This document shows, piece by piece, positions 20,089-29,641 of a DNA stretch of 37,286 bases. A model generated the notes under the pieces. That model saw only the letters and a list, made by a program, of their open reading frames with translations. It was not told the DNA's origin and did no database searches. A program made the position numbers and the translations under genes. Every line of letters starts with the position of its first letter. The stretch's first letter is position 1. This DNA comes from Promethearchaeota archaeon (GTDB lineage Archaea > Asgardarchaeota > Lokiarchaeia > Sigyniarchaeales > SOKP01). Location of the stretch: positions 1 through 37,286 of the forward strand of contig RDOE01000031.1 of NCBI GenBank assembly GCA_011364975.1. Reading direction: 5' to 3'.

Positions 20089-20508
20089 ATGTCTTTAAGA
20101 CAATATAATACCGAACTTGGTTTGCTACTGGAGAAAATTGTGAAGGTCTATTTAGATCAAGATAAATTCTTTGTGGGTCAATTAAAAGGAGTCTCAGAGG
20201 ACAGTGATCTTATTTTAGTGAATGTTAAAAATGAGAAAAATAAACTTTTCCCTAAGATTTTGATAAGAAATACTTATTACAATTTCGTGAGTGTTGAAGA
20301 AGAACCATTTCCTATGCAAGCATTATCAGATAGAATCGCTACTATATTCTCAAAAGGTCACGTAAATTATATTGAAGATCAGAATATCATTTCGATATTA
20401 AATGGTAAGATCATTGTAGATGAAAATGGAGTAAGAGGAACAGGCCCCTCTGCTGATCGTGTAAAAAAAATTTATGATCAATTTAAAATTGATTTAGAAC
20501 AAGACTAA
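20089..20508 (+). CDS. Lsm/Sm-like protein with C-terminal extension (SmAP3-like)
   Basis: Sm1-like VKVYL..DK.FVGQLKG...DLILVNV, Sm2-like ILIRN, plus ~65-aa C-terminal domain. Confidence 0.7.
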   Translation: MSLRQYNTELGLLLEKIVKVYLDQDKFFVGQLKGVSEDSDLILVNVKNEKNKLFPKILIRNTYYNFVSVEEEPFPMQALSDRIATIFSKGHVNYIEDQNIISILNGKIIVDENGVRGTGPSADRVKKIYDQFKIDLEQD

Positions 20509-20531
20509 TTTTAAATTCTTTATTTTTAAAT

Positions 20532-21032
20532 TTACTCATTATCCTTTAAGATATCTATTAAATTTCCCAATTTCAAATCTGGTAATAGATTTTTGAGAAT
20601 TGCTTTCCCAAGAGGAGTTACTTTAATTATGCCAAGATCTTCCATTTCCCTGAGATAATCGTTCTCTATCAAAAATCTAATATCTGAATTCCATATATCT
20701 TTAAAAATTTCTTGTAAATCTAATATTTTTAAATTTTCATCTAACTCTTTGCTGAGTGCAATTATAAGAGCGAGTGCACCATATTGTATGGGAGTAATTA
20801 GGTCGTCTTTTCCTTCCATAGTTAGGATATAATAATTTTGATCTAAAAAATTGGATTTAATGAAATCAAATCCTAGAGTTTTCAAATTATTATATACATC
20901 ACTAATTATCTCATCAAAATTAAATTCTGAACATAAATTTTGTAAATCCTTTTCTCGAATCATTTTTTGGGGACTTGTTAAAATTATTCTAGTTATGATT
21001 CTTACAGTATCCATATATTCTTTAGTTTGCAT
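20532..21032 (-). CDS. Tandem winged-helix protein, MAGE/Nse3 (KITE)-like
   Basis: FDEIISDVYNNLKTLGFDF...YYILT, YGALALIIAL, FLIENDYL, IKVTPLGK resemble KITE WH-A/WH-B elements; matched by eye. Confidence 0.5.
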   Translation of the reverse strand: MQTKEYMDTVRIITRIILTSPQKMIREKDLQNLCSEFNFDEIISDVYNNLKTLGFDFIKSNFLDQNYYILTMEGKDDLITPIQYGALALIIALSKELDENLKILDLQEIFKDIWNSDIRFLIENDYLREMEDLGIIKVTPLGKAILKNLLPDLKLGNLIDILKDNE

Positions 21033-21042
21033 TTTCTATGAC

Positions 21043-22647
21043 TCAACTCTCTTTTATTGTTATAACTTTTAGATTTCCTATATCATTTTTCATTTCTAGG
21101 TTTGAAAGAACAAAAATTAAATTTAAATCACGTAAGCTCCTATTATTTTCAAATAAAGGGAGAATCTTATTGATTGTTCTAAAAATAGAACCACGTTTAT
21201 TATATTTTGGGGGAAGAAAGAGGTTCGAAAAAATTATGAATTTAGATTTTAAAAGCATTTTTAGGGATATAAACATACCTATAACTGAAAAAATTTTTTC
21301 TGGAGTAGTAAAATCCTTCCAACTTACTAATTCTTTATTTTTACGGTAAAAATTTATTTTAAGATATAATTTTTCATCATTCTTACTGGTTGCGAGTGTA
21401 AACTGAGTTTCAATATTAAGGATTATTAAAAAAGAGTTAAAAATTACCTCTAAATTATTTAATAAATCATTTAATTTTCTGAGTGCTTCCATAATTCCAA
21501 CAAGTTTGACTTCATCTGAGGGTATCAGATATTTTTTCGTATTATTTGTGATTATATCACCGATTTCTGCAAAAGTATTTAATAAAGTATCCAAGTCCGT
21601 TGGCTTCTCTGTATTATAAAAATCTTCAGGAATAGCTGCATTTTTTATTTCTTCAGATACTTTATTATATTCAATCTCAATTGTCCTAATTGGTCTTACA
21701 GATTGTATTTCTTTTTGATCTATATTTTGGAAATCATAGTCCTTACTATTCATAATCTTTTTCTCAAATTCTTTTTTCAATTCATCAAGTTTATGTTCGT
21801 CTTTCGTTATTTCTTGAACTATTATTTGATAATCCATCATATAGCTCTCATATTCTGGCTTAATTTTATCATATTTATTTTTTGCTTCATCTAAAGCACT
21901 AATTAATTGATTAACCTCGAATTGAGCATCTTTTGCCTTTTTTTGTAAAGCTCTTATCTTTTCTGAATTTGTTAAGTTAAGATCAATCCCAAGTTTTTTA
22001 ATTGAATCTAATTTTGCTTTATCTAGTTCTCCTTCCATATTACGTGTAATTTTGTTAATTTGATTGAAACAATCTTTCTTAAGTTGTGTTAACTCGTTAA
22101 TTTTTATAGTCAAAATCTCAATATTATGTGCTAGGTTAGTGATCTGATTTTTAGTATTTTGAAAATCTTCTTCAAAATATCTTAATTTTTTCTTATTTTT
22201 TTTTATTGAATTCATTAGTTTAGATATTAAATCTTTTATTGCCGATAATTGGCTGGATTCACTAGAAAGCATTGCTATTTCCATTTCCTTAGCAAGAATT
22301 TCTTTTTTATTAAGAAGATAAATGTAGTTTGTTATTTGAGAAAATATATCAACGAATTTACAAAAATTTGAAAATTCTTTAAAACCTAAATCAACAATAT
22401 TTTTAAAATTGGCGATATATTTTAAAATACCTATGGCCTTATGTAATCTCTCATATTCAGTTGTATCCCCTTTAAAAATCTCTATTATTAATTCTACGGG
22501 AATAATTTCCATATTTTCAATAATCTTTATAAAATTTTTTAGTTGTTCCCCCTCTAAGAGATTTTTTTTAAATACTCCCTGAATTAGTGTGAATCTGGAA
22601 TCAATTATTATTTCTTGAGTTCCGATTCTTAATGTGGTGTGATTCAT
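21043..22647 (-). CDS. Degenerate SMC/Rad50-like coiled-coil protein
   Basis: Long central heptad region; terminal segments laid out like ABC head halves (FTLIQG; FTTPEKIFSVIGMFISL; FIIFSN; LIFVLSN), with all catalytic motifs lost. Confidence 0.55.
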   Translation of the reverse strand: MNHTTLRIGTQEIIIDSRFTLIQGVFKKNLLEGEQLKNFIKIIENMEIIPVELIIEIFKGDTTEYERLHKAIGILKYIANFKNIVDLGFKEFSNFCKFVDIFSQITNYIYLLNKKEILAKEMEIAMLSSESSQLSAIKDLISKLMNSIKKNKKKLRYFEEDFQNTKNQITNLAHNIEILTIKINELTQLKKDCFNQINKITRNMEGELDKAKLDSIKKLGIDLNLTNSEKIRALQKKAKDAQFEVNQLISALDEAKNKYDKIKPEYESYMMDYQIIVQEITKDEHKLDELKKEFEKKIMNSKDYDFQNIDQKEIQSVRPIRTIEIEYNKVSEEIKNAAIPEDFYNTEKPTDLDTLLNTFAEIGDIITNNTKKYLIPSDEVKLVGIMEALRKLNDLLNNLEVIFNSFLIILNIETQFTLATSKNDEKLYLKINFYRKNKELVSWKDFTTPEKIFSVIGMFISLKMLLKSKFIIFSNLFLPPKYNKRGSIFRTINKILPLFENNRSLRDLNLIFVLSNLEMKNDIGNLKVITIKES

Positions 22648-22665
22648 AATAGCTGTATTCTTGGT

Positions 22666-23706
22666 TTAAATATTATTAAAATGATCTTTATATTCATCAT
22701 ATTCTTCTTTCTTTCTTTTTCTTCGTTCTCTTATTAAATCAATAGGATCTTTATTACTTTCTTCTTTTGTAAGGTATTTTTCTTTAAAATTTTCTTCAAA
22801 TTGAGATTTAAATTTTTCAATTTTTTCAGAAACCTCATTTGATATTACTAATTCTCCTTGAAGATTCTCTTTACTAGCTATATCTGAAAGTTTTTCCCTC
22901 TTTTTTTTTCGTATTCTTCTTTCAAATTCTTTTTCAGAGAGAGTTAAATAATCTTGATATTCATCTTTTCTCTCTTCTTGTTTCTTTTTTAGTTCTTCGA
23001 GATTCTCCCTCTCTTTTCGTCTTTTGATCAATAATTCCTTTTTAATAAGATCCGAACGTTGTTCTCCATCTTCAAATTCTCGTAAAAATTCTTTAAAGGT
23101 AATATCAGGGTTTTCTAAAAATCTCTCCTTGAATTTTAATATCAAATTATTATCAACATTTGGTGGCATTGTTTGTAATTCATTATTAAGACGTTGATTC
23201 AGAATTTCTTCATAATAGGGGATAAATCTTATGATGATCTTTTGAAATATACTATTTTCTTTCATTACATCTACTAATTCAATCCATTCATTTATTCCAA
23301 TTGAATTCACAGAATTAATCTTTTGAGGGATTTTGCTGATTTTCTTTTTATCAATTAAGTATAACCCGATCTTTTTAAGATTCCTATTATTTATTTTTGC
23401 AGTATCTATTGTAGTTTTAATACGAGCTTTATATTTTTCAATTAGATTGTCGTGAAGATTTAAGAATATGTTTATATTGCTATGGAATATAAATTCAAAA
23501 GATTTGATAATTTCTTTGATGACCGATATCAATTCATTAATCTTTTTTGATACTTCCTGATTTTTTAGAGAAATTTCCATTAAATTTTTAGATTCGTTTA
23601 GATTTGATTCAAGAACATTTAATTTATTTATATTTTCTTGAATAATTTCTATTGGGGCCATTAAATCTTTAATTTTGTCTAGATCAAATAGTGTTACTTC
23701 TGACAT
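22666..23706 (-). CDS. Hypothetical coiled-coil protein with highly charged C-terminal half
   Basis: 346-aa ORF in a tight same-strand cluster; E/K/R-rich helices. Confidence 0.75.
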   Translation of the reverse strand: MSEVTLFDLDKIKDLMAPIEIIQENINKLNVLESNLNESKNLMEISLKNQEVSKKINELISVIKEIIKSFEFIFHSNINIFLNLHDNLIEKYKARIKTTIDTAKINNRNLKKIGLYLIDKKKISKIPQKINSVNSIGINEWIELVDVMKENSIFQKIIIRFIPYYEEILNQRLNNELQTMPPNVDNNLILKFKERFLENPDITFKEFLREFEDGEQRSDLIKKELLIKRRKERENLEELKKKQEERKDEYQDYLTLSEKEFERRIRKKKREKLSDIASKENLQGELVISNEVSEKIEKFKSQFEENFKEKYLTKEESNKDPIDLIRERRKRKKEEYDEYKDHFNNI

Positions 23707-23748
23707 TTAAAATTCATATTTCCTAATTAAGACTTATTAAGTAAAAAA

Positions 23749-24990
23749 CTAAATTTCAGGAGGTGTTAATTTTTTTCTTTTATCATTCATAGTAGATTTT
23801 CTAAATTGGTTAAGATTTCTTGCTTCACTTAACTCATCTTGTCTTTCAACATGAATGGCAGTGCCGCCCACTAACATGAGAGAGTTGTAGAATAATTCGT
23901 AGGTTAAACGTTCAGTATTTATCGCTTTTAATACGGCCACTTTTGTTCCTCTCTCAATATCTGAGCCTGAATATCCATAAGTTAAATTAAGCATTCCTTT
24001 CTCCTTATTTTTCTTATTCACTTCGTTCCATAATAAATTATTATCAAATTCAGAAATTGTTTGACCAAGCTTATTTTCTAAGGACATATGAATACCTCTG
24101 ACGGTTTCATATTCATTATTCAAATTAACATAAATTGAATTATCTACTCCAATTTTAGCATTTTCAAGCTTTTTTAGAAAACTTTCTAGTATTCGCTTTC
24201 TTAATCGATAATCTGGGAACTCAAAGCTAAAATGGAAGGTAAATCTTCTCCATATTGCAGAATCCAACTGATGCTGATGGTTTGTAGCTCCGAATATTGC
24301 AAGCGGAACTCCTTTATAATTCACTCTATCAATAACTTGTAAAAATGATATTACCGCTCTTTTTATTTCCCCCACTTCATGAATATTTGAGCGCTCTGAA
24401 CCGATTGCATCTATTTCATCAAAAAATAATATGAAAGAACCTCTATCATTAGCTATTTCTTCAGCTAATTCTACTACATTCCTTATTTTTTTAATAGTAT
24501 CTCCTAATAAGGGAGATACAAGTCTATCTGTCTCTACAACACAAATGGGGATACTATATTCTTTAGCAAAACCTCGCGTTAAGGAAGTTTTTCCAGTTCC
24601 GGGAGGCCCATATAAAAGCACTGTTAAACTAGGATTTAATTTAGCACCTTTTAACTGCTTGGTGAATTCATCATACTTTTTCAATGCTTTAAAGAAATCA
24701 TGCAGAACTTCTTTTTTAATTTCGTTTCCAAGAATATCATCAATTGTTTCTTGAATATCTGAAGGAAAGTACACCGCGCCATATTGACCCATCCTATCTT
24801 TGATAACATCATCAGTATATACTTTTTTACCCCCTCCTTTTTGTTGAGTAGAGGTAATTTTAGAAATAGATTTTTCCCGGTTTCTTTTCCAATCTAAAAA
24901 GGCTTTTGTTTTATTTCCTCTCCAAATTGCTTTTTTTCCAGTTTCTGCTTCATATCTTTCTATCAAGTTATCATCTTCTGTGTCTATCAT
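23749..24990 (-). CDS. Single-domain classic-clade AAA+ ATPase
   Basis: Walker A GPPGTGKT, Walker B FFDEID, SRH GATNHQHQLDSAIWRRF, GYSGSDI; SD GAGGT upstream. Confidence 0.93.
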   Translation of the reverse strand: MIDTEDDNLIERYEAETGKKAIWRGNKTKAFLDWKRNREKSISKITSTQQKGGGKKVYTDDVIKDRMGQYGAVYFPSDIQETIDDILGNEIKKEVLHDFFKALKKYDEFTKQLKGAKLNPSLTVLLYGPPGTGKTSLTRGFAKEYSIPICVVETDRLVSPLLGDTIKKIRNVVELAEEIANDRGSFILFFDEIDAIGSERSNIHEVGEIKRAVISFLQVIDRVNYKGVPLAIFGATNHQHQLDSAIWRRFTFHFSFEFPDYRLRKRILESFLKKLENAKIGVDNSIYVNLNNEYETVRGIHMSLENKLGQTISEFDNNLLWNEVNKKNKEKGMLNLTYGYSGSDIERGTKVAVLKAINTERLTYELFYNSLMLVGGTAIHVERQDELSEARNLNQFRKSTMNDKRKKLTPPEI

Positions 24991-25103
24991 TTTACCTCAG
25001 ATCCTTGTTATTTTTGAGCATTCTAACTTAATTTTATTTATTTTATTTAATTTATCTAAATTTATCTCAATTACTAATTTTTCTCAACTTCTTGTTGGGT
25101 AAT

Positions 25104-26420
25104 TTATTTATTTTTTCTTTCTATATCAAATTTTTCACAAAAATAAGCTATTTCATCAATGAAATCTTTAAGATTATCAATCTTGGACCCAATAAAGTTA
25201 AAAATTTCTTTTCTATATTGAGGAGAATCTCTTATTTTCATTTTATCTAAGCTTAAGTAATTAGCAAAACAAATTAGCTTCATTAAATAAGGTAATATTT
25301 TTTCATTTGTTTGAAGATCTTTAAAAATAGGATAAAAAATGTTCTCATCAGATAATTTCCATTTCAAGATACCCATATATATTAGGAAGGCGAAATTCAT
25401 CGATATCCAATTAATTAATTCTTTCGACAAAAAACCTCTCCTCTGAGAAGCTAATGCTAAGTAATATAAGATTAATGTCTCATTACTAAATTGAGGGGTA
25501 AGTCGTATAATCCCATCAGATTGTTTGGTATCACGTAAAAAATTATTTTCTAGTAAGAGATCCACTAAATCTTCTGATGGTGCTAAAAAAATATCATCAA
25601 TTATTCTTAAGCCTATTCTTTCATTGATACTTTCGATAGCTTCTTCCTCAGCATTAGCAATAGAATCAATATATGGTAAAAAAACATCTGACTTCAATAT
25701 CATGGGGATTTCATGATTAGGTCTTTCCGGAAAAACTCCAAAATTGGGGTCTAAATTAAATATTGATGTGATATTATTAATAATTTGATATACTTTTGGT
25801 GTGATTCCAGGAATTTCAAAGTAATCGGAACTTTCAAGTTTATCTCGATAATAAGTATGTGGCTGTAATAAGTGCCTTTGGCATTCATATAATTGAGGAG
25901 AATGCTCTAATAATTTATTATAAATAAATTTTAAATTTGTCCCACGGGGAAATAACTTTTCCTCAATAAATTTAGTTAGTGTATATAGGAAGGTATTTTC
26001 TAAATTAGCTTCGTCCGGATTCGTTATTTTCCTCAAAATATTTAATGCATCAATTGATTCATACAAAAATTCAATTATATAATCCTTTATATCAATTATG
26101 GGTATTATATCCCGATATTTAAGAATAAAATCCTTTATGATTTCATAAACATTTGATCGATACATCGCAGAAAATTCAGATAGTGCCCTTACTTTACGAA
26201 TATTTCTTTTTTCCTCTTCTTGACGAATTTTATCTAGGATTTCAGTATCAATTAGTAGATCAGCATCTAATTCAATGATGATTCTTCGAGTTTCTCTAAG
26301 AATTGGGCGCATATGACTTATAAAAGTTAAATATCTAGGTAAGATATCCGTCCACTTTTCTCTTTTTCTTCCCGGTTTTACTGTTCTTGATGACTTTTTC
26401 TTATAACTCATTAATCTCAC
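25104..26420 (-). CDS. Hypothetical protein, mostly helical
   Basis: 438-aa ORF with no recognised motif; likely ATG at 26411. Confidence 0.75.
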   Translation of the reverse strand: MRLMSYKKKSSRTVKPGRKREKWTDILPRYLTFISHMRPILRETRRIIIELDADLLIDTEILDKIRQEEEKRNIRKVRALSEFSAMYRSNVYEIIKDFILKYRDIIPIIDIKDYIIEFLYESIDALNILRKITNPDEANLENTFLYTLTKFIEEKLFPRGTNLKFIYNKLLEHSPQLYECQRHLLQPHTYYRDKLESSDYFEIPGITPKVYQIINNITSIFNLDPNFGVFPERPNHEIPMILKSDVFLPYIDSIANAEEEAIESINERIGLRIIDDIFLAPSEDLVDLLLENNFLRDTKQSDGIIRLTPQFSNETLILYYLALASQRRGFLSKELINWISMNFAFLIYMGILKWKLSDENIFYPIFKDLQTNEKILPYLMKLICFANYLSLDKMKIRDSPQYRKEIFNFIGSKIDNLKDFIDEIAYFCEKFDIERKNK

Positions 26421-26435
26421 TAATGTTTAATTTAT

Positions 26436-27572
26436 TTATTCTTCTTCATATCCAACTACAATTTCTGTAAATATATTTGAAATTTCGACAAATATAGGAA
26501 TTTCAACTCTTACAAGTTGACCTAATATCCATTTATTCACATCCTTCAATAAAAATCGTATTTGATTTATTATTTTTTTATTTACTTCAGAATCTATAAT
26601 TTTAGATAACCACAACCCACCCCCTAATCTATAGGCGATGATTTTAATTAATGGCTCGAAAAGTTGTTCTAAAACTTGTTTCATCATCCAGGATTTAGGA
26701 ATAACACTCATATTACTTGAATCATAGGTCGAATCATTTAATATTGGGTTCTTCTCATCAATGCTTAACTTCGGCATAAAACTCAATAGTAATATCAAAG
26801 CAAATATAGCTGAAATTCCATTAATTGTATAGGTTCCTCCAACTTTTTCAAGATCATCTCTGTTAACTGCAATATTAGCGAGGAACATACAAATAAAAAC
26901 ATTCCTGTCAAAATTTTCTGAAACTATTGCATATCCTAAATCTTCGTCTATAATTAGGTATTTTTCTTCAAGTATTTTAATAATTTCATCAGGAAAAGTA
27001 AAAAATGTGTAGATTTTTTGTTCACTTCGTCTTATATCCTTTTCTATTACAAGTTCCTTCGAAATTAAACCAAACATATTTACGAGTTCTTCAAGTTGTT
27101 TCTTAATGTAATGACGAGGTTTATTTGGATCCCCAAACATTGCAAAAAATTGGTGATCCACAATATGAAAATCATTCCTTTTACTAAAGGCTTCAACCAT
27201 TCTATCAATAATCGGCCCTTGAGAGCCCAAAGCAATTGCTTTTGATTTAGAGGTTATAAAGCCATTAATTAACTCGTTGATGATAAAGTCCTGTTCATGA
27301 GTTCTAGATAAAAGAATTTTTTCAAAGGCTTCCGAAAATTGTTTAGTATTTGGAAAGAAAGCATTTTGTATTTTTTCATTAATTGATTTAATAAATAACT
27401 CTCCATCATTTTTAGGAAAATGTACTTTCATGGTTTCTAATCTCTGAATTAATGCTTCCTTTGCTCCAGGAATATTATCAATATCTCTTTTTTCCAAATT
27501 TTCTATTGCAAACTGTAACCCTTTCTCAAAATCTTTAAGAAGATTATTCCAAGTAACGTCTTGGTTTTCCAT
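26436..27572 (-). CDS. Hypothetical protein
   Basis: 378-aa ORF starting 6 nt after the upstream stop; one hydrophobic segment ISAIFALILLLSF. Confidence 0.75.
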   Translation of the reverse strand: MENQDVTWNNLLKDFEKGLQFAIENLEKRDIDNIPGAKEALIQRLETMKVHFPKNDGELFIKSINEKIQNAFFPNTKQFSEAFEKILLSRTHEQDFIINELINGFITSKSKAIALGSQGPIIDRMVEAFSKRNDFHIVDHQFFAMFGDPNKPRHYIKKQLEELVNMFGLISKELVIEKDIRRSEQKIYTFFTFPDEIIKILEEKYLIIDEDLGYAIVSENFDRNVFICMFLANIAVNRDDLEKVGGTYTINGISAIFALILLLSFMPKLSIDEKNPILNDSTYDSSNMSVIPKSWMMKQVLEQLFEPLIKIIAYRLGGGLWLSKIIDSEVNKKIINQIRFLLKDVNKWILGQLVRVEIPIFVEISNIFTEIVVGYEEE

Positions 27573-27578
27573 TGTTAT

Positions 27579-28538
27579 TTAAACCTCCCATTCTAATTTA
27601 TGTGCAATCTTTTTTAATGCTTCAATCAATGGTTTAATCAATTTTTTTTCATAAATATTTGGTGAGGCGATACCTTTCTGAGCTTTCCATCCCATCTGAG
27701 TTCCCTCACCCATTTCACGTTGTCCATATTTTAAGATATTACTTAAATCTCTTACCCACCAATAAAATCTCAACCATTTTTTATCAGGATTGTCTGGAGA
27801 GTAAATAACAACTATAGCCTTCCATTCTCCCATTAACCATTTTACTGTAATTCCACTCACGGGCATATAGAAATTTATTGGAAAATTAGCATGAAAACTA
27901 ATATCGAGATCTTCAGAGGAAATATTAAAGATAGGCTGATTATACCCTTCAAGAACAACAATTTCACCGCAATGCTGACATTCATAGTGAGATTTCATTT
28001 TATCCATCTTTTTAGAACACTTTGGGCAAGTTTTGTTTTCAATAATTCTATATTTGATGATCTCTAAATTTTTCTCTTTTTCTAATAGTTCTTTGCTTTT
28101 TGGCTCTTGTTTGCCATATTTTCCCTTCCAGGTCCAGAATTCATCAAAATTTTTATCGAATCTTTCTAAAGCATTAATAATGTTTTTCAAAACCTCCTTG
28201 TCATAAATTTTAAACATACCAGCATGCTGGTAACTTTTCCACCATGATAATCTCACGTATTTTTCATCTTTTAAGTAAGCACTATGACAAATCAAGACTG
28301 CAAATAATCTAGTTTCAGCTTTATTTATAATTATCCCAGACTCTGCTATTTCATATTGTTTGTTTAAACTCACGTTTTTGTGAAAGTATTCTCCATCAAG
28401 AAAGTCACCATTCTCGATAGTTTCTTTTTCATCCACACTTTTCTCTTCTTTTTGCTTTATGATTTTTCTACACTGCGGACACTGAAAAATTCCAGCAACT
28501 AATGGTTCCATATCAATATCACAAGAAGGACATTTCAA
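27579..28538 (-). CDS. Protein with two tandem [Zn ribbon + PC4-like] repeats
   Basis: CPSC..CPQC and CPKC..CQHC, each followed by an alignable FHxN..SGI..K(Y/W)(V/L)R..WW..IY(D/E)K....I.AL module. Confidence 0.7.
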   Translation of the reverse strand: MKCPSCDIDMEPLVAGIFQCPQCRKIIKQKEEKSVDEKETIENGDFLDGEYFHKNVSLNKQYEIAESGIIINKAETRLFAVLICHSAYLKDEKYVRLSWWKSYQHAGMFKIYDKEVLKNIINALERFDKNFDEFWTWKGKYGKQEPKSKELLEKEKNLEIIKYRIIENKTCPKCSKKMDKMKSHYECQHCGEIVVLEGYNQPIFNISSEDLDISFHANFPINFYMPVSGITVKWLMGEWKAIVVIYSPDNPDKKWLRFYWWVRDLSNILKYGQREMGEGTQMGWKAQKGIASPNIYEKKLIKPLIEALKKIAHKLEWEV

Positions 28539-28540
28539 TT

Positions 28541-29641
28541 TTAATTATCACTACTCATAATAACAAATTTTTCATAATCTAAATTTAGTAATTGTAAATC
28601 CTTTTTTGAAAATTTTAAAAGTTCTTCATTAATTTCTACTAATTTATTTCTTAAATCAATAAGAGTTGATTGAATTTTATCAATAATGCCACCTTCATTA
28701 AATGATATTTTTTCGATAAAATCAAGATAACTATGTGCTTTATTTTTTCCGGAATATGCTTTCTTTAATTCTAATAATTGATTATCTATAAGTTTCATCT
28801 TATAGTTAAGATTTAACAAAATTAGAAGTTTATTTTTCCATGTTTGGAATATTTCTTCATTTGGGTCTATTTTATCAAAAGAAAATTTCCCAGATAATTC
28901 AATCCCTTCATCTTTAAGGTATTTAATAATCTCTTTATTCTCATCTATTGCTTTTTCAACTTTCTTTTTAACGGGTTTATTAATTAATTTAGGATCAAAG
29001 ATTTCCAAAAAAGATTCTATTTTTTTCTGAATCTCAGAAAATCTTTCGTAGAAACCCTCGATGGTTAGCTCAATTTTAATCGTTTGATATATATTTCCAA
29101 ATTGATCTAAAATATAATATAGATCATCTGATATGGTATAATCATGTTCCCCTATTTCATAGATAAAGGGATGTATATTATTGGTTTTTTCACATCTTAC
29201 TCCCTTTAGTTTAGTTAAAGCAAGATTAAAATTTCTTCTAGAGAGAGTTTTAAATTTTTTATTAATTATTAAAAACAAGCTATCATCAGGCACAGAAATT
29301 GTATTTTCTTCAATAGTTATTGTTTCCTCTCCTAACTTAACTAGAAAGTCTGGTTCCTTTTGTTGAAATTCTCTAATGCTTCTAATATTTTTTAATAATC
29401 CTAAATCAATAGCGACTTCAGTAAAATTTTCGTCCCAAAAACTAGTAATATTATTTTTGAAAATCTCATCTAATATCAATATTTTTTCATAATTATCAAT
29501 TAAAGTAGGATCGCTTAAATCTTTAAAAAGGTCATTTCTAATGACATATAAAAATAATGCAACGTACCTCATATCTAAGTCATCAAGAATTTTCTCGATG
29601 AGGTTCTTATCAACCTCTATTGATAAATTTTTATGTTCCAT
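28541..29641 (-). CDS. Hypothetical protein with possible winged helix and C-terminal coiled coil
   Basis: 366-aa ORF, first gene of the minus-strand cluster; helical C-terminal half. Confidence 0.75.
   Translation of the reverse strand: MEHKNLSIEVDKNLIEKILDDLDMRYVALFLYVIRNDLFKDLSDPTLIDNYEKILILDEIFKNNITSFWDENFTEVAIDLGLLKNIRSIREFQQKEPDFLVKLGEETITIEENTISVPDDSLFLIINKKFKTLSRRNFNLALTKLKGVRCEKTNNIHPFIYEIGEHDYTISDDLYYILDQFGNIYQTIKIELTIEGFYERFSEIQKKIESFLEIFDPKLINKPVKKKVEKAIDENKEIIKYLKDEGIELSGKFSFDKIDPNEEIFQTWKNKLLILLNLNYKMKLIDNQLLELKKAYSGKNKAHSYLDFIEKISFNEGGIIDKIQSTLIDLRNKLVEINEELLKFSKKDLQLLNLDYEKFVIMSSDN

Noticed and set aside
23749-24990. Vps4/CdvC (ESCRT) assignment for the AAA ATPase
   Set aside because: It has no MIT domain, no aromatic pore loop, and no recognisable ESCRT-III neighbour.
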